From a virus (Duplodnaviria > Caudoviricetes), in the IMG/VR virus record IMGVR_UViG_3300014208_000068, positions 1 to 43,916 of that record: DNA of 43,916 bases; one strand, written 5' to 3'. Below, in pieces: positions 25,346 to 34,347 of this stretch. Numbering within the stretch: position 1 is the stretch's first letter; each line of letters starts with the position of its first letter. The position numbers were made by a program, and so were the translations under genes. The notes below the pieces were generated by a model. It did no database searches, was not told the DNA's origin, and saw nothing but the letters and a program-made list of their open reading frames with translations.

Positions 25346-26827
25346 ATGGGCTGGTTGCGCGACTTGTGGAACGGCGGGGGCGGCGCGAATCGAGAGGCTC
25401 TGGCGCGGGTGACGAAGCAGGCACCCATCCCTCTCGAGGGCCGAACGGCGGTCAACTACTTCCTGCAAGAGGTATCGGCGGAAGAAGGGAAGTCCATCAC
25501 CCCCGGGGACATGATCCCGGGCGGATGGGCTGGCGTGCCTCGCTGGTCAACCTGGTCGGTCGGGAACGCCATTGAGAACGGCTTTGCGGGCTCGACTTGG
25601 TGCTACGTCTGTGCGCAGAAGAACGCCCAAGCCATCGCACAACTCCCCTGGTGCGTTGACCGATGGGACCGCTCGGGCAAGTGGATTGAGGTGGACGACC
25701 ATCCGCTCGAGACCTTGCTCAATCGCCCGAACCAGTTTTGGTCCAGGCAGTCGTTCTTCACCAGGCTAATCCTGGAGCTGCTCATCGCGGGCAATTCCCT
25801 GGTGAGTAAGATCCGGGTGGGCAAGGTGCCGGTCGAGCTCTGGACTGTGCGCCCCAACTCGGTTGCCTACGTCCCGAGCGCCACAGACTACATCAGCCAT
25901 TACGTCGCCCGTGGCATCGACGGGAAGGAATACAAGATCCTGGCGGAGGACGTGGTTCACATCTCCTTGCCCGACCCTGGGAACCAATACTGGGGCATGA
26001 GCCCGATGAAGGCCGCGTCGAAGATAATCGACGTGGAACGGGATGCGGCCGTGTGGCAAAAAGTGAGCATGCAGAACCTCATGGTTCCGCCGGGCATGTT
26101 CATGGTTTCCGGCATCATCGACCAGAACCAGTTCAACGCCGCCAAAGCGAAGATCCTGGAAGAGTATCAGGGCGCCATCAACGCGCGCCGTCCGTTGGTC
26201 CAGGGCAACGCGGGCCGAGAGGCCAAGTGGGTTCCGCTGTCCATGACCCCGGTGGAGCTTGATTTCATCGAGAGTCGCAAGCTGACCCGCGAGGAAATCT
26301 GCGCCATCTTTGGTGTTCCGCCTCCCATCGTCGGCATCTTCGACAACTCGACCTACAACAACATCTCGACGGCCAAAGAGATCTGGTGGGAAGAGACGCT
26401 GATTCCCTTGCTCGCCTTCGTGACCGAGAGCTTCAACCAGGGCTTGACGCCGGAGTTTGGACAGGACATCCGTGTCCGCCCGGACACAAGCAAGGTCCTG
26501 GCGCTCCTCGGGCAGATTGAGCGTAAGATTGGCAACGTGTCGAAGCTCTGGGCGATGGGCGTGAGCTTCAACGACGCCGCCGAATTCTTGAATCTCGGGC
26601 TCACCGTTCCCGGTGGGGATGTTGGGTACGTCGCCTCGAACCTCATCCCTGTTGGCGCAGTCCAGACGGAGACGACGCAGGCTGAAGACGTTGAGGCGCT
26701 CAATCCTCCGGCACTGGAAGCCCCTGCGGAGAAGCGCAACGGAGGGGTTGGTAATCACGCTGCCCTGCTGTTCGATGCCTTCACGCTGCAACTGAAGGCC
26801 AGGGCGAACGGGCACGGGGAAGCTTGA
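25346..26827 (+). CDS. Portal protein (HK97 family)
   Basis: HPLETLLNRPN, LLIAGNS, YWGMSP, EICAIFGVPPPIVG, STYNN. Confidence 0.95.
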   Translation: MGWLRDLWNGGGGANREALARVTKQAPIPLEGRTAVNYFLQEVSAEEGKSITPGDMIPGGWAGVPRWSTWSVGNAIENGFAGSTWCYVCAQKNAQAIAQLPWCVDRWDRSGKWIEVDDHPLETLLNRPNQFWSRQSFFTRLILELLIAGNSLVSKIRVGKVPVELWTVRPNSVAYVPSATDYISHYVARGIDGKEYKILAEDVVHISLPDPGNQYWGMSPMKAASKIIDVERDAAVWQKVSMQNLMVPPGMFMVSGIIDQNQFNAAKAKILEEYQGAINARRPLVQGNAGREAKWVPLSMTPVELDFIESRKLTREEICAIFGVPPPIVGIFDNSTYNNISTAKEIWWEETLIPLLAFVTESFNQGLTPEFGQDIRVRPDTSKVLALLGQIERKIGNVSKLWAMGVSFNDAAEFLNLGLTVPGGDVGYVASNLIPVGAVQTETTQAEDVEALNPPALEAPAEKRNGGVGNHAALLFDAFTLQLKARANGHGEA

Positions 26828-26828
26828 G

Positions 26829-28793
26829 ATGTGCGAGCATTGCGAGGAATGGCCCCCGCTGTTCGTCCTTCGCGCCCTGGCTCTTGAGCGCAAGGCCGAC
26901 CCCTACGGCGCCGACATCCCCACGAAGCTCCCCCGCCCTGACTCGACGAAGCCGGGGGAGCCAACCCCGACCCCTCGCCCCTTCACCAAGCCAATCCCGG
27001 TCAACACCCGCGACGTGGCCGAGGAGATGCAGAAGGTCATCGACGCGGCCGAGCCCCGCTTGACCCGATGGCTCTACTCGACCATCAACGCCCAAGCGAG
27101 CGCGCTCAAGGACCAAGAGATCCGCAACGCCGTCCGGGATGGTGAAGTTCCGAAGGGCTGGGAGGCCGAGTTTCACCAGTCCTATGCCCGCTTCATCAAC
27201 GAGCGCCTCGGGCCCGAGTGGGAGAAGGCGTTGCGGTCTGGTGCTGCGGGAATCCTCCCCGGGCTCGGCAAGATGCCGGGAGGGGCTCCATCCGTCGAGT
27301 TGCTCGGCAAGGGCTTCCGGGAGTGGATTGGGAAGCGCGGGGATTCCCTGGCCGTCGACCTCTCGCGGGCGCAACACGACGCGCTGTCGAAGCTCTTGCG
27401 GCACCACATCGTTGACGACCCTCTCGACTCCGTCCACCTCGCCCAGTACCTCCGCCCCCTCGTTGGTCTCACGGAGCAGGAACAGGGCTACGTTGACCGC
27501 CGGCACGCATCCCTCATCGAGGCCGGAACCCCCCTCGTCCGCGCCGTTGCGATGGCTCAGGACTACTCCGCGTTCCTTCGCCGTCGTCGGGCTACGAGGA
27601 TTGCCCGCACCGAAATGGCGATGGCGTATAACTACGGCGCCCTCATCGCCGTCCAGAACGCCCCCCTCATCCCCGGCGACTCCTATCAGAAGGTGTGGCG
27701 TACACAGCGAGGCGTCAGGACTTGCGCCTTCTGCGATGCGCTCGACGGGCAGGTCGTTGGACTGGCCGAGACCTTCCCGGGGGTGACGGCGAAGCTCCCC
27801 AATGTCCTCGTCCCTCCGGCCCATCCGCACTGTCGTTGTATCATCGACTTTGAGCTCGTCGAGGGGCCCGCGCTACCAGCCACGAAGCCCGAGGAAGCAA
27901 CGAAGCCGAAGCCCGCAGAGAAGCCCATGGAAACGGCCCCCTCTGCCCCTGTTGCGCCTCCGGCGATTGCCCTCCTGCCTGCCCCCACCCCCGCGAAGCC
28001 GAGCTCCCCAGAGCCCACCGCGGCCCCTACGTCGTTCCCCTGGCTCGAACACCAGCCGGGGATGACCAAGGCCGAGACGGACTGCCTCGACGGTACGCGG
28101 GCCGCTCTCGCCCACTCCCCGCAACTGGCCAGGCTTGGACAGTCGCTCGAGATCCACGGCTACCTTGGCGAGGAGAGCTTTCTCCTGGCGCAGACACGCG
28201 GGCTCGTGGCTTCTCTCGCGATGATGCCTCCGGCCGTACTTGATTCGCTGGCCGGAAGGACGAAGATAGTCATTGGAGGGTCGAGCCCGGAGAAGTCTTG
28301 GAAGGCGTCGAAGTCCCGCGCCGACAAGGGTAGCTTCTTCTACCACCCAGATCATGAGGCGCTATCGAACCGCAAGCTCTGGAGCAGCTTCGCCGGGTAC
28401 GGCGCCGGAGGCAAGCGTAGGCTCCGCAACGTTCCCGCTTGGATGGTCGGCGGCGACCCCATGAGGAAGGAGCGCAACGGAACGGCCTTCCTTGGGGCTA
28501 CGTCGAAGCTTTCGAGCATGAATCACGAGGTCGGGCATCTGATTGGGCACGTCAACGGGTGGGATGATTCGCCCGAGCTGCTTGCCTTCCATCGCAAGGG
28601 CTGGCCTGGACTGTCGAGCTACGAACAACAGAGCGGACCTGGTGACCCGGTGGGAGTCAGGGAGTTTCTGGCCGAGGGGGTGACCTCTGTTGTCGAGGAC
28701 AGGGCGGGGGCCGTGAAGCGCTACGGCAAGAAATACGTGGAGTGGATAGAGAATGGCCCCCTGTCGGGCCGAAAGTACGAGGCAAAGCCATGA
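26829..28793 (+). CDS. Phage Mu gpF-like head morphogenesis protein with C-terminal HExxH metallopeptidase-like domain
   Basis: RATRIARTE...KVWRT...TCAFCDALDG...PPAHPHCRC; Pro/Ala linker; NHEVGH (28524-28538) and REFLAE. Confidence 0.88.
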   Translation: MCEHCEEWPPLFVLRALALERKADPYGADIPTKLPRPDSTKPGEPTPTPRPFTKPIPVNTRDVAEEMQKVIDAAEPRLTRWLYSTINAQASALKDQEIRNAVRDGEVPKGWEAEFHQSYARFINERLGPEWEKALRSGAAGILPGLGKMPGGAPSVELLGKGFREWIGKRGDSLAVDLSRAQHDALSKLLRHHIVDDPLDSVHLAQYLRPLVGLTEQEQGYVDRRHASLIEAGTPLVRAVAMAQDYSAFLRRRRATRIARTEMAMAYNYGALIAVQNAPLIPGDSYQKVWRTQRGVRTCAFCDALDGQVVGLAETFPGVTAKLPNVLVPPAHPHCRCIIDFELVEGPALPATKPEEATKPKPAEKPMETAPSAPVAPPAIALLPAPTPAKPSSPEPTAAPTSFPWLEHQPGMTKAETDCLDGTRAALAHSPQLARLGQSLEIHGYLGEESFLLAQTRGLVASLAMMPPAVLDSLAGRTKIVIGGSSPEKSWKASKSRADKGSFFYHPDHEALSNRKLWSSFAGYGAGGKRRLRNVPAWMVGGDPMRKERNGTAFLGATSKLSSMNHEVGHLIGHVNGWDDSPELLAFHRKGWPGLSSYEQQSGPGDPVGVREFLAEGVTSVVEDRAGAVKRYGKKYVEWIENGPLSGRKYEAKP

Positions 28794-28978
28794 GCAGCAT
28801 CGAGAAGGAGGGGGAAACTCTCGCTGTCCCAATGTCCGCCCACGCGGAGGTTGACGGGCGGCTCATCATGGCGGACTTCGTCGAGGACATCGGGCCGGAC
28901 GACCCGCGCTACGAAGCCCTCCTTGCGGAATACAACAACCCCCCGTCTTGCGCCGCTCTTCTCGACGCTGAGGATTGA
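28790..28978 (+). CDS. Small acidic protein, candidate immunity protein
   Basis: ATGA overlap with the MuF stop; 62 aa, D/E-rich. Confidence 0.55.
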   Translation: MSSIEKEGETLAVPMSAHAEVDGRLIMADFVEDIGPDDPRYEALLAEYNNPPSCAALLDAED

Positions 28979-29017
28979 GCGCCAAGACCGACGCGCGACA
29001 TTTTGGCAAACTAGTGT

Positions 29018-29076
29018 TTGACATTTTGTCGCAACCCAGACAGGATTTGTCCCGAGGCCGCACTTACGCCTCGGGA
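29018..29076 (+). promoter_or_regulatory. Possible late promoter and RBS-sequestering hairpin
   Basis: TTGACA, 17 nt, CAGGAT; GACATTTTG occurs twice; hairpin TCCCGAGGC/GCCTCGGGA (29050-29076) overlaps the GGAGG RBS. Confidence 0.45.
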
Positions 29077-29084
29077 GGTTGTCG

Positions 29085-29870
29085 ATGCGCTACTTGGGTG
29101 TCCCTTTCTCGTCGTGCGAATGCAAGGTCGACGGCACCAAGCGCACCATCACGATGTACAGCTCCGTGAGCGGGAACCGCGACCTGGGCGATGACATCGT
29201 GTTGCCGGGCGCCTTCAAGACGACCCTGGAACGCAAGGCCCGGCCCGGGGGAGGTGGACATCGAATCCCCTTGCTCTGGCAGCATGATGTGAGTGAGCCC
29301 ATCGGGAAGCCCATCGCCCTGGAAGAGGATTCGAAGGGCCTGCTTTCGGTCGACCTCATCTCCCGGACGAAGCGCGGCGACGAAGCCCTCGTTCTCGCTG
29401 AGGATGAGGTAATCTGGGGCGGCTCCATCGGCTTCAACACCATCAAGTCGACGCGCGACAAGGCGGGGGTGCGGAGCATCTCCGAGCTTGATCTTTTCGA
29501 GCGGTCGCTCGTCACCTTCCCGATGAATGAACAGGCGCAGATCATGAGCGTGAAATCCAGCCTCCTCCGCCTCTCCCCGAAGATGCAACTCAAGGTCGGC
29601 CGCGTCCTCAAGTCCTCGAACATGGAGAAGCTCTTGGAGGCGATTGAGTTGCTCCAAGAGATCCTCGACTCCGCATCCCCCAAGGACGTGATGGACGACG
29701 GCGGGGGCGACGAGGAAGACGGCGGAAAGGGGCCCGACGAGGGGAAGGCGAAAGAGCCCCCCGATCCGCCGTCGTCAGAGCCTGGGAAGGACCCCGAGGA
29801 AGATGAGGAAGGCACGAAGGCGCTCGACTCCCTGCTTGAGGAAATGAAGTCACTTTTCCGGGCTCGCTGA
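29085..29870 (+). CDS. HK97-family prohead protease
   Basis: DLGDDIVLPGAF, LLWQHD, GSIGF, LFERSLVTFPMN. Confidence 0.93.
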   Translation: MRYLGVPFSSCECKVDGTKRTITMYSSVSGNRDLGDDIVLPGAFKTTLERKARPGGGGHRIPLLWQHDVSEPIGKPIALEEDSKGLLSVDLISRTKRGDEALVLAEDEVIWGGSIGFNTIKSTRDKAGVRSISELDLFERSLVTFPMNEQAQIMSVKSSLLRLSPKMQLKVGRVLKSSNMEKLLEAIELLQEILDSASPKDVMDDGGGDEEDGGKGPDEGKAKEPPDPPSSEPGKDPEEDEEGTKALDSLLEEMKSLFRAR

Positions 29871-29926
29871 AAGGCGCCCGTTCGTTCTCTCTGCTGAGAA
29901 CTACACACCGAAGGAGCAAGACGAAA

Positions 29927-31402
29927 ATGGAGACGAAGGAACTGGGCATTTTGCAGGCGGGCATCGCGTCCCTCGGCACGGAAATCAAGGGCCTGCTCGA
30001 CAAGCAGGAGGCGCAGATCAAGGCCAATGGCACCTTGTCGGCCGAGACCAAGGCCGCGTTCGATGCCGCCAAGGCCAGTTGGGCGACCATCGAAGCGAAG
30101 ATCGTCGAGCTCGACAAGAAAAACCTCGAGCTCGCGACGAAGCTCGCCCGGTTCGAGGCGATGCCTGTCGCGGGGCCGAACGACCTCAAGAGCATCGGTG
30201 GCATTCTGGTGTCCTCGAAGGAGTTCAAGTCGGCTCGTGAGGCCGGCCAGTGGAATTCCAAGCCCGTCGTGTTCGAGACCAAGGGCTTGAACGCTCCGCT
30301 GGAGGTCAAGGCCGGTGAGTTGACGAGCACGGAAATCGGCTCCGTCGTTCGCCCGTACCGCTACGAGCAGATCATCACCCCGCCCTCTCGTCCCCGGAAG
30401 CTCGCCGCCCTGATCCCGTCGATCCCGGTGGCCGGGAACAGCATCGAGTTCCCTCGCGAGAACGTCACGGCGGAGCTGTACGAAGTCCTGAGCGCCCAAG
30501 CCAACGCGGCACAGAAGGACTTCGTTCTCACCCGCACGGCGGAAGGGTTCTACTCCGGGCAGAGCGTCATCCTCTCGCAGGGCTTGGCTCAGGAAGAGAC
30601 AGTCGTGGTCGACACCATCGACTACGAGACCCTCACCATCACGGCGGCATCGAACCTCACCCAGACGCACCCCGCGCTGCGGACGGCCATCTCTCACACC
30701 TTCGTCTTCACGCCCGAGGCGAAGGTCAAGCCGCTCTCTCACATCGAATTCGAGCTGGCCACGGAGACGGTGAAGACCCTCGCGACGATCATGCCCGTCT
30801 CGAAGCAGATGCTCGACGATGCGCCTGCCCTTCAGGCGTACATCGACACGCGGCTCAACGAGTTCCGGGAGATGGCGAAGGAAAGTCAGATCCTCTACGG
30901 CGACAAGAGCACGCGCCAGATCCAGGGCATCTTGACCCATGCGGACATCCAGCAGCTCGACTGGAGCGATGGTTCCGTCGGCGACACGAAGATCGACGCC
31001 ATCCGCCGGGCCGTGACCTTGTGCATGCTGTCCTTCCTGCCCCCGGACGTGTTGGTCATCAACCCGAACGACCTCGAAGATGTCGAGCTCGAGAAGGGCA
31101 TTGACGGCCACTACATGTTCGCCCAGCAGATGGTGAGCGCCGCCGGCGTCACCCAGCTCTGGCGCTTGCAGGTCGTGGAAACGAGCGCCATCGAAGAGGG
31201 GCACGCCCTGGTCGGCTCGTTCCGGCTCGGCGCGATCATCTGGGACCGCCAACAGGCCGAAGTTTCCATCTCGGACCAGAACCGGGACTGGTGGGAGAAG
31301 AACCTGCTCGGCATCCGCGTCGAGGAACGGCTTGCTCTGAGCCTCACGCGGCCGTCGGCGTTCGTCGACCTCCACTTCGACAACACCCCGCCCGCGCCCT
31401 GA
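29927..31402 (+). CDS. Major capsid protein (HK97 fold) with an inserted domain
   Basis: Coiled-coil delta domain; VKTLATIMPVSKQMLDDAPALQAYID; QILYGD; IRVEERLAL...RPSAFV. Confidence 0.95.
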   Translation: METKELGILQAGIASLGTEIKGLLDKQEAQIKANGTLSAETKAAFDAAKASWATIEAKIVELDKKNLELATKLARFEAMPVAGPNDLKSIGGILVSSKEFKSAREAGQWNSKPVVFETKGLNAPLEVKAGELTSTEIGSVVRPYRYEQIITPPSRPRKLAALIPSIPVAGNSIEFPRENVTAELYEVLSAQANAAQKDFVLTRTAEGFYSGQSVILSQGLAQEETVVVDTIDYETLTITAASNLTQTHPALRTAISHTFVFTPEAKVKPLSHIEFELATETVKTLATIMPVSKQMLDDAPALQAYIDTRLNEFREMAKESQILYGDKSTRQIQGILTHADIQQLDWSDGSVGDTKIDAIRRAVTLCMLSFLPPDVLVINPNDLEDVELEKGIDGHYMFAQQMVSAAGVTQLWRLQVVETSAIEEGHALVGSFRLGAIIWDRQQAEVSISDQNRDWWEKNLLGIRVEERLALSLTRPSAFVDLHFDNTPPAP

Positions 31403-31407
31403 CCTCT

Positions 31408-31439
31408 GAGCCCCTGATTCTACGGGGCTTCCTGTTTTT
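31408..31439 (+). terminator. Probable intrinsic terminator after the capsid gene
   Basis: GAGCCCC/GGGGCTT stem followed by CCTGTTTTT. Confidence 0.5.
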
Positions 31440-31475
31440 GCCGGCCGATTGATGCGTGATTGCGGAGGGTTGGAG

Positions 31476-32021
31476 ATGGGCAAGGGCTACGAGATTCGGG
31501 CGTTGCGGGAGATGCGGGCTCCGGGGCGAGGGTTGGCCAATCCCCTGAAGAAGGGGGAGACCATCGTGGTCAGGGAGCTGTTCGCTCGCGGCGCCGTTTC
31601 TCGCGGGGATGCAGAGTACACGCAAGGGAAGCCCCAGGATGGCCCTGGGACGCTCTCCGTGACGATGCGCTCTGTCACGCCCGCCGCTATCTCGACGCAC
31701 GCCACGAGGCCCACAGAGCCACGGGAACGCAAGATCGTCGGGCCCAAGGAAACGAAGGTAGTTGAACCAGAGGAAGAGAAGGAAGCGGAGCCCGTCGAAA
31801 AGCAGATGGCGCCCGCGACCTGCAAGGGAAAGCGACGTGATGGGAGTCCGTGCATGCTGACGATCCTCGATGCACACGGGCTTTGCAGATTCCACCGACA
31901 GCCCAAGGACGAGAAGCAGGGCGGGACAAGCGCTACCCTCGGGGCCATCGTCACCCCGGATCGCGCCCCCGCTGTCTCGCCTCGACCGTGGGTGAAGGAG
32001 CGAACACATGGCATGGGGTGA
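31476..32021 (+). CDS. Hypothetical protein with C-terminal C3H Zn-finger-like motif
   Basis: TCKGKRRDGSPC...GLCRFH. Confidence 0.65.
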   Translation: MGKGYEIRALREMRAPGRGLANPLKKGETIVVRELFARGAVSRGDAEYTQGKPQDGPGTLSVTMRSVTPAAISTHATRPTEPRERKIVGPKETKVVEPEEEKEAEPVEKQMAPATCKGKRRDGSPCMLTILDAHGLCRFHRQPKDEKQGGTSATLGAIVTPDRAPAVSPRPWVKERTHGMG

Positions 32022-32703
32022 TTCGGATGCAGTGAAGACGAAGGCGCAGCTCTTGGCGCAGTGCCCGAGCGCATACGAGAAGGGCAAGAGCGGGAACGCC
32101 TGGTGGCGGATCGGATATGTCGTGCATCAGATGTTGCGCGACCTCATCACCACGATCTGGGCGTACCTCGAATCCTCGCGGGTGGATTCCGGGCTCGTTG
32201 TTGGCGACCCGACGACCCCGAGCAGCATCACGGTGCTGCGGGTCAACATCTCCGCCGGCATCGTCCGCGCGGCTCGTCTCTTCGCTCAGTACGCGGCCGC
32301 CGCGGATACCGTCCTTATCGGCGCGGGAAAGTGGGCTGGGGGCACGTACACCCTGACGGGCGGGAATGCCGTCATCCCGACCCTCGACGGCAAGACCTAC
32401 AACATGGCCCTCGTAGCGGTTCGGGCCACGAGCGGGGTTGTGCTCACGGCGGTTGCGGGGTTGCAAGCCGCCAATGGCGCAGAAGCGGCTGTCACGAAGG
32501 CTCAAGTCTGCGCCGCCCTGAGCGCTGCCCTTCTCGCGACCCCTGGCGGGCCGTTGGCTGGCCTCGATACCTCGTCACTCGTGGTGTTCGGGCGCGTGAA
32601 GGTAAAGCGCGTCGCCATCGACACCATCGAGCTCGTCCACACCAACACCCTCTCCGATTCGGCCCTGCTCAACGAGCGCATGGGCGGCTCCGAGTGGGTC
32701 TGA
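32008..32703 (+). CDS. Putative head decoration/structural protein (paralogue 1)
   Basis: AAGGAG RBS; follows the capsid gene; paralogous to the next gene. Confidence 0.7.
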   Translation: MAWGDSDAVKTKAQLLAQCPSAYEKGKSGNAWWRIGYVVHQMLRDLITTIWAYLESSRVDSGLVVGDPTTPSSITVLRVNISAGIVRAARLFAQYAAAADTVLIGAGKWAGGTYTLTGGNAVIPTLDGKTYNMALVAVRATSGVVLTAVAGLQAANGAEAAVTKAQVCAALSAALLATPGGPLAGLDTSSLVVFGRVKVKRVAIDTIELVHTNTLSDSALLNERMGGSEWV

Positions 32704-32778
32704 CCTTTCCCCTTCCGGCCGCGGCACGAGTGACGGCACAACCCGCGCCCGAGTGGCGCACGATGGAGCAAGACGAAA

Positions 32779-33441
32779 ATGGCAACCCTGAGACCGATTG
32801 GCAGCTTCGATGACCCGGCGGACCTGGTTGGCGGCAATGCGGACGGCGCACACGGGACTGGCCCGATGAGCAAACAGCAGGTCTCGGACCTGGCTGTCTC
32901 CGCCAAGCGCTGGGCCCAGGCGGCCGATTCCGGTGCGTCCGGCGTGGTCGTGAGTGACCCGAGCACCCCGAGCGACAAGGACATCTACCGGGCCAACTTC
33001 TCGGCGGGCTTCATCCGCGTGGCCGGGACGGCCCTCAACTTCGGCGCCGCGGCCGATACCATCCTGCTCGGTGCCGGCAACTGGGCGAAGTCGTTCAAGC
33101 TCGACGGCACCGCCGCTGCCGTGCTCACCGCCGACGGCAAGGAGTACTTCGTTGCCTTCGTGTGCGCCCTCCTGGCCACCGTCCCGACCCTCTACGCGGT
33201 GTTCGGAGACGAAGCCAACACGGGCGCCGGCGTCGACCTCGACGCGGACGACATTCACGATGCCCTCGACGGCATCGCGACCATCGACCACACGGTCATG
33301 CAGGTCATCGGCCGCGCGAAGATCAATCGCAACGCCATCGACACCATCGTGGACGTGTTCACCGACCCCGCCGCCGCGACCGCCGAGGGTTCGGCCCTTC
33401 TGACCGAGCGCCTCCACGCCACGGTTCTCTCCGCGACCTGA
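32779..33441 (+). CDS. Putative head decoration/structural protein (paralogue 2)
   Basis: Shares AADT.L.GAG.WA, DGK.Y, GR.K..R.AIDTI and SALL.ER with the previous gene. Confidence 0.72.
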   Translation: MATLRPIGSFDDPADLVGGNADGAHGTGPMSKQQVSDLAVSAKRWAQAADSGASGVVVSDPSTPSDKDIYRANFSAGFIRVAGTALNFGAAADTILLGAGNWAKSFKLDGTAAAVLTADGKEYFVAFVCALLATVPTLYAVFGDEANTGAGVDLDADDIHDALDGIATIDHTVMQVIGRAKINRNAIDTIVDVFTDPAAATAEGSALLTERLHATVLSAT

Positions 33442-33487
33442 CCCTTGAGCCCTCGGTGGGCATCTTCCCGATGGAGCACTTCCCCGC

Positions 33488-33898
33488 ATGGCTTACCTCG
33501 TCGACACATGGGATTGGACGACTCTCGAGGTCGACCTCCGTGCCCACGTTGGCGTTGCCGTCGGGGAAGACGCTCGGCTGAAAGGGCTCCTGCTCTCCGC
33601 CTTGAGAGCGGGGGACGCCCACATGTGGAATCCGTGGACGGACGACAACACGGAGACCGGGGTTGATGAGACTCCCCCCGATGACGTGCTCCTCGGCGTG
33701 TTCGAGTGGGTTTCCTTGCGGTATTGGTCGATGGTGACCGGAGGCGACGGGGCTCCGGCCGGAATGGTCCTGACATCGCGCAGAACGGGAGACTTGGCGG
33801 AGACCTACTCCGCCGCTTCCGGGTCGGGCGCGAGTGACAGACCCTCCCCGTCAGAACTTTGGGACCCCTATCGGCTTGGAGGCGCGTTGCTACTGTGA
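33488..33898 (+). CDS. Head-tail connector (gp6/gp15-like)
   Basis: Position; pattern LRAHVGV...DARLKGLL...TSRRTGDLAETYS...LWDPYR. Confidence 0.7.
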   Translation: MAYLVDTWDWTTLEVDLRAHVGVAVGEDARLKGLLLSALRAGDAHMWNPWTDDNTETGVDETPPDDVLLGVFEWVSLRYWSMVTGGDGAPAGMVLTSRRTGDLAETYSAASGSGASDRPSPSELWDPYRLGGALLL

Positions 33899-34347
33899 GC
33901 ACCCCTCGACAGACCGACGATGATCCCGGATACGCGAAGCTGCGAGCCAAGTTTTCCATCTTGGCTGGGCGTGAGTTGACCGTGGGCATCTACGAGGGAG
34001 AGATCGCCACGTATGCCGCCGCCAACGAATTTGGGACCGAGCACATCCCCGCGAGGCCGTTCTTCTCGACGGCGATGGACCAGAACGGCCCGGCCCATGC
34101 CGCCCTGTTGGAGCGCCAGCTTGGCCGAGTCATCGCATCCGGGGCCAACCCTGATGCGGCGTTGTTCGCCCTCGGGGTCAAGGTCCGGTCGGATGTGATG
34201 CGATCCATCCGAGACTGGACCACGCCACCAAACGCTCCGAGCACTGTCGAGAGGAAGGGCGAGAACAATCCCCTTGTGGACAAGGGCGCCGCCGGAATGA
34301 TGGGGGCGGTGAACTTCAAGGTGGGAACGCCGGGGAGTGAGGGATGA
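33895..34347 (+). CDS. Neck/virion morphogenesis protein
   Basis: YAAANEFGTEHIPARPF...PPNAPSTVERKGENNPLVD is typical of myophage neck proteins. Confidence 0.8.
   Translation: MSTPRQTDDDPGYAKLRAKFSILAGRELTVGIYEGEIATYAAANEFGTEHIPARPFFSTAMDQNGPAHAALLERQLGRVIASGANPDAALFALGVKVRSDVMRSIRDWTTPPNAPSTVERKGENNPLVDKGAAGMMGAVNFKVGTPGSEG

Noticed and set aside
29090-31483. 797-aa minus-strand ORF and other long antisense ORFs (34655-36475, 15539-16702, 6727-7797)
   Set aside because: Shadow frames of real high-GC genes; no motifs or RBS.
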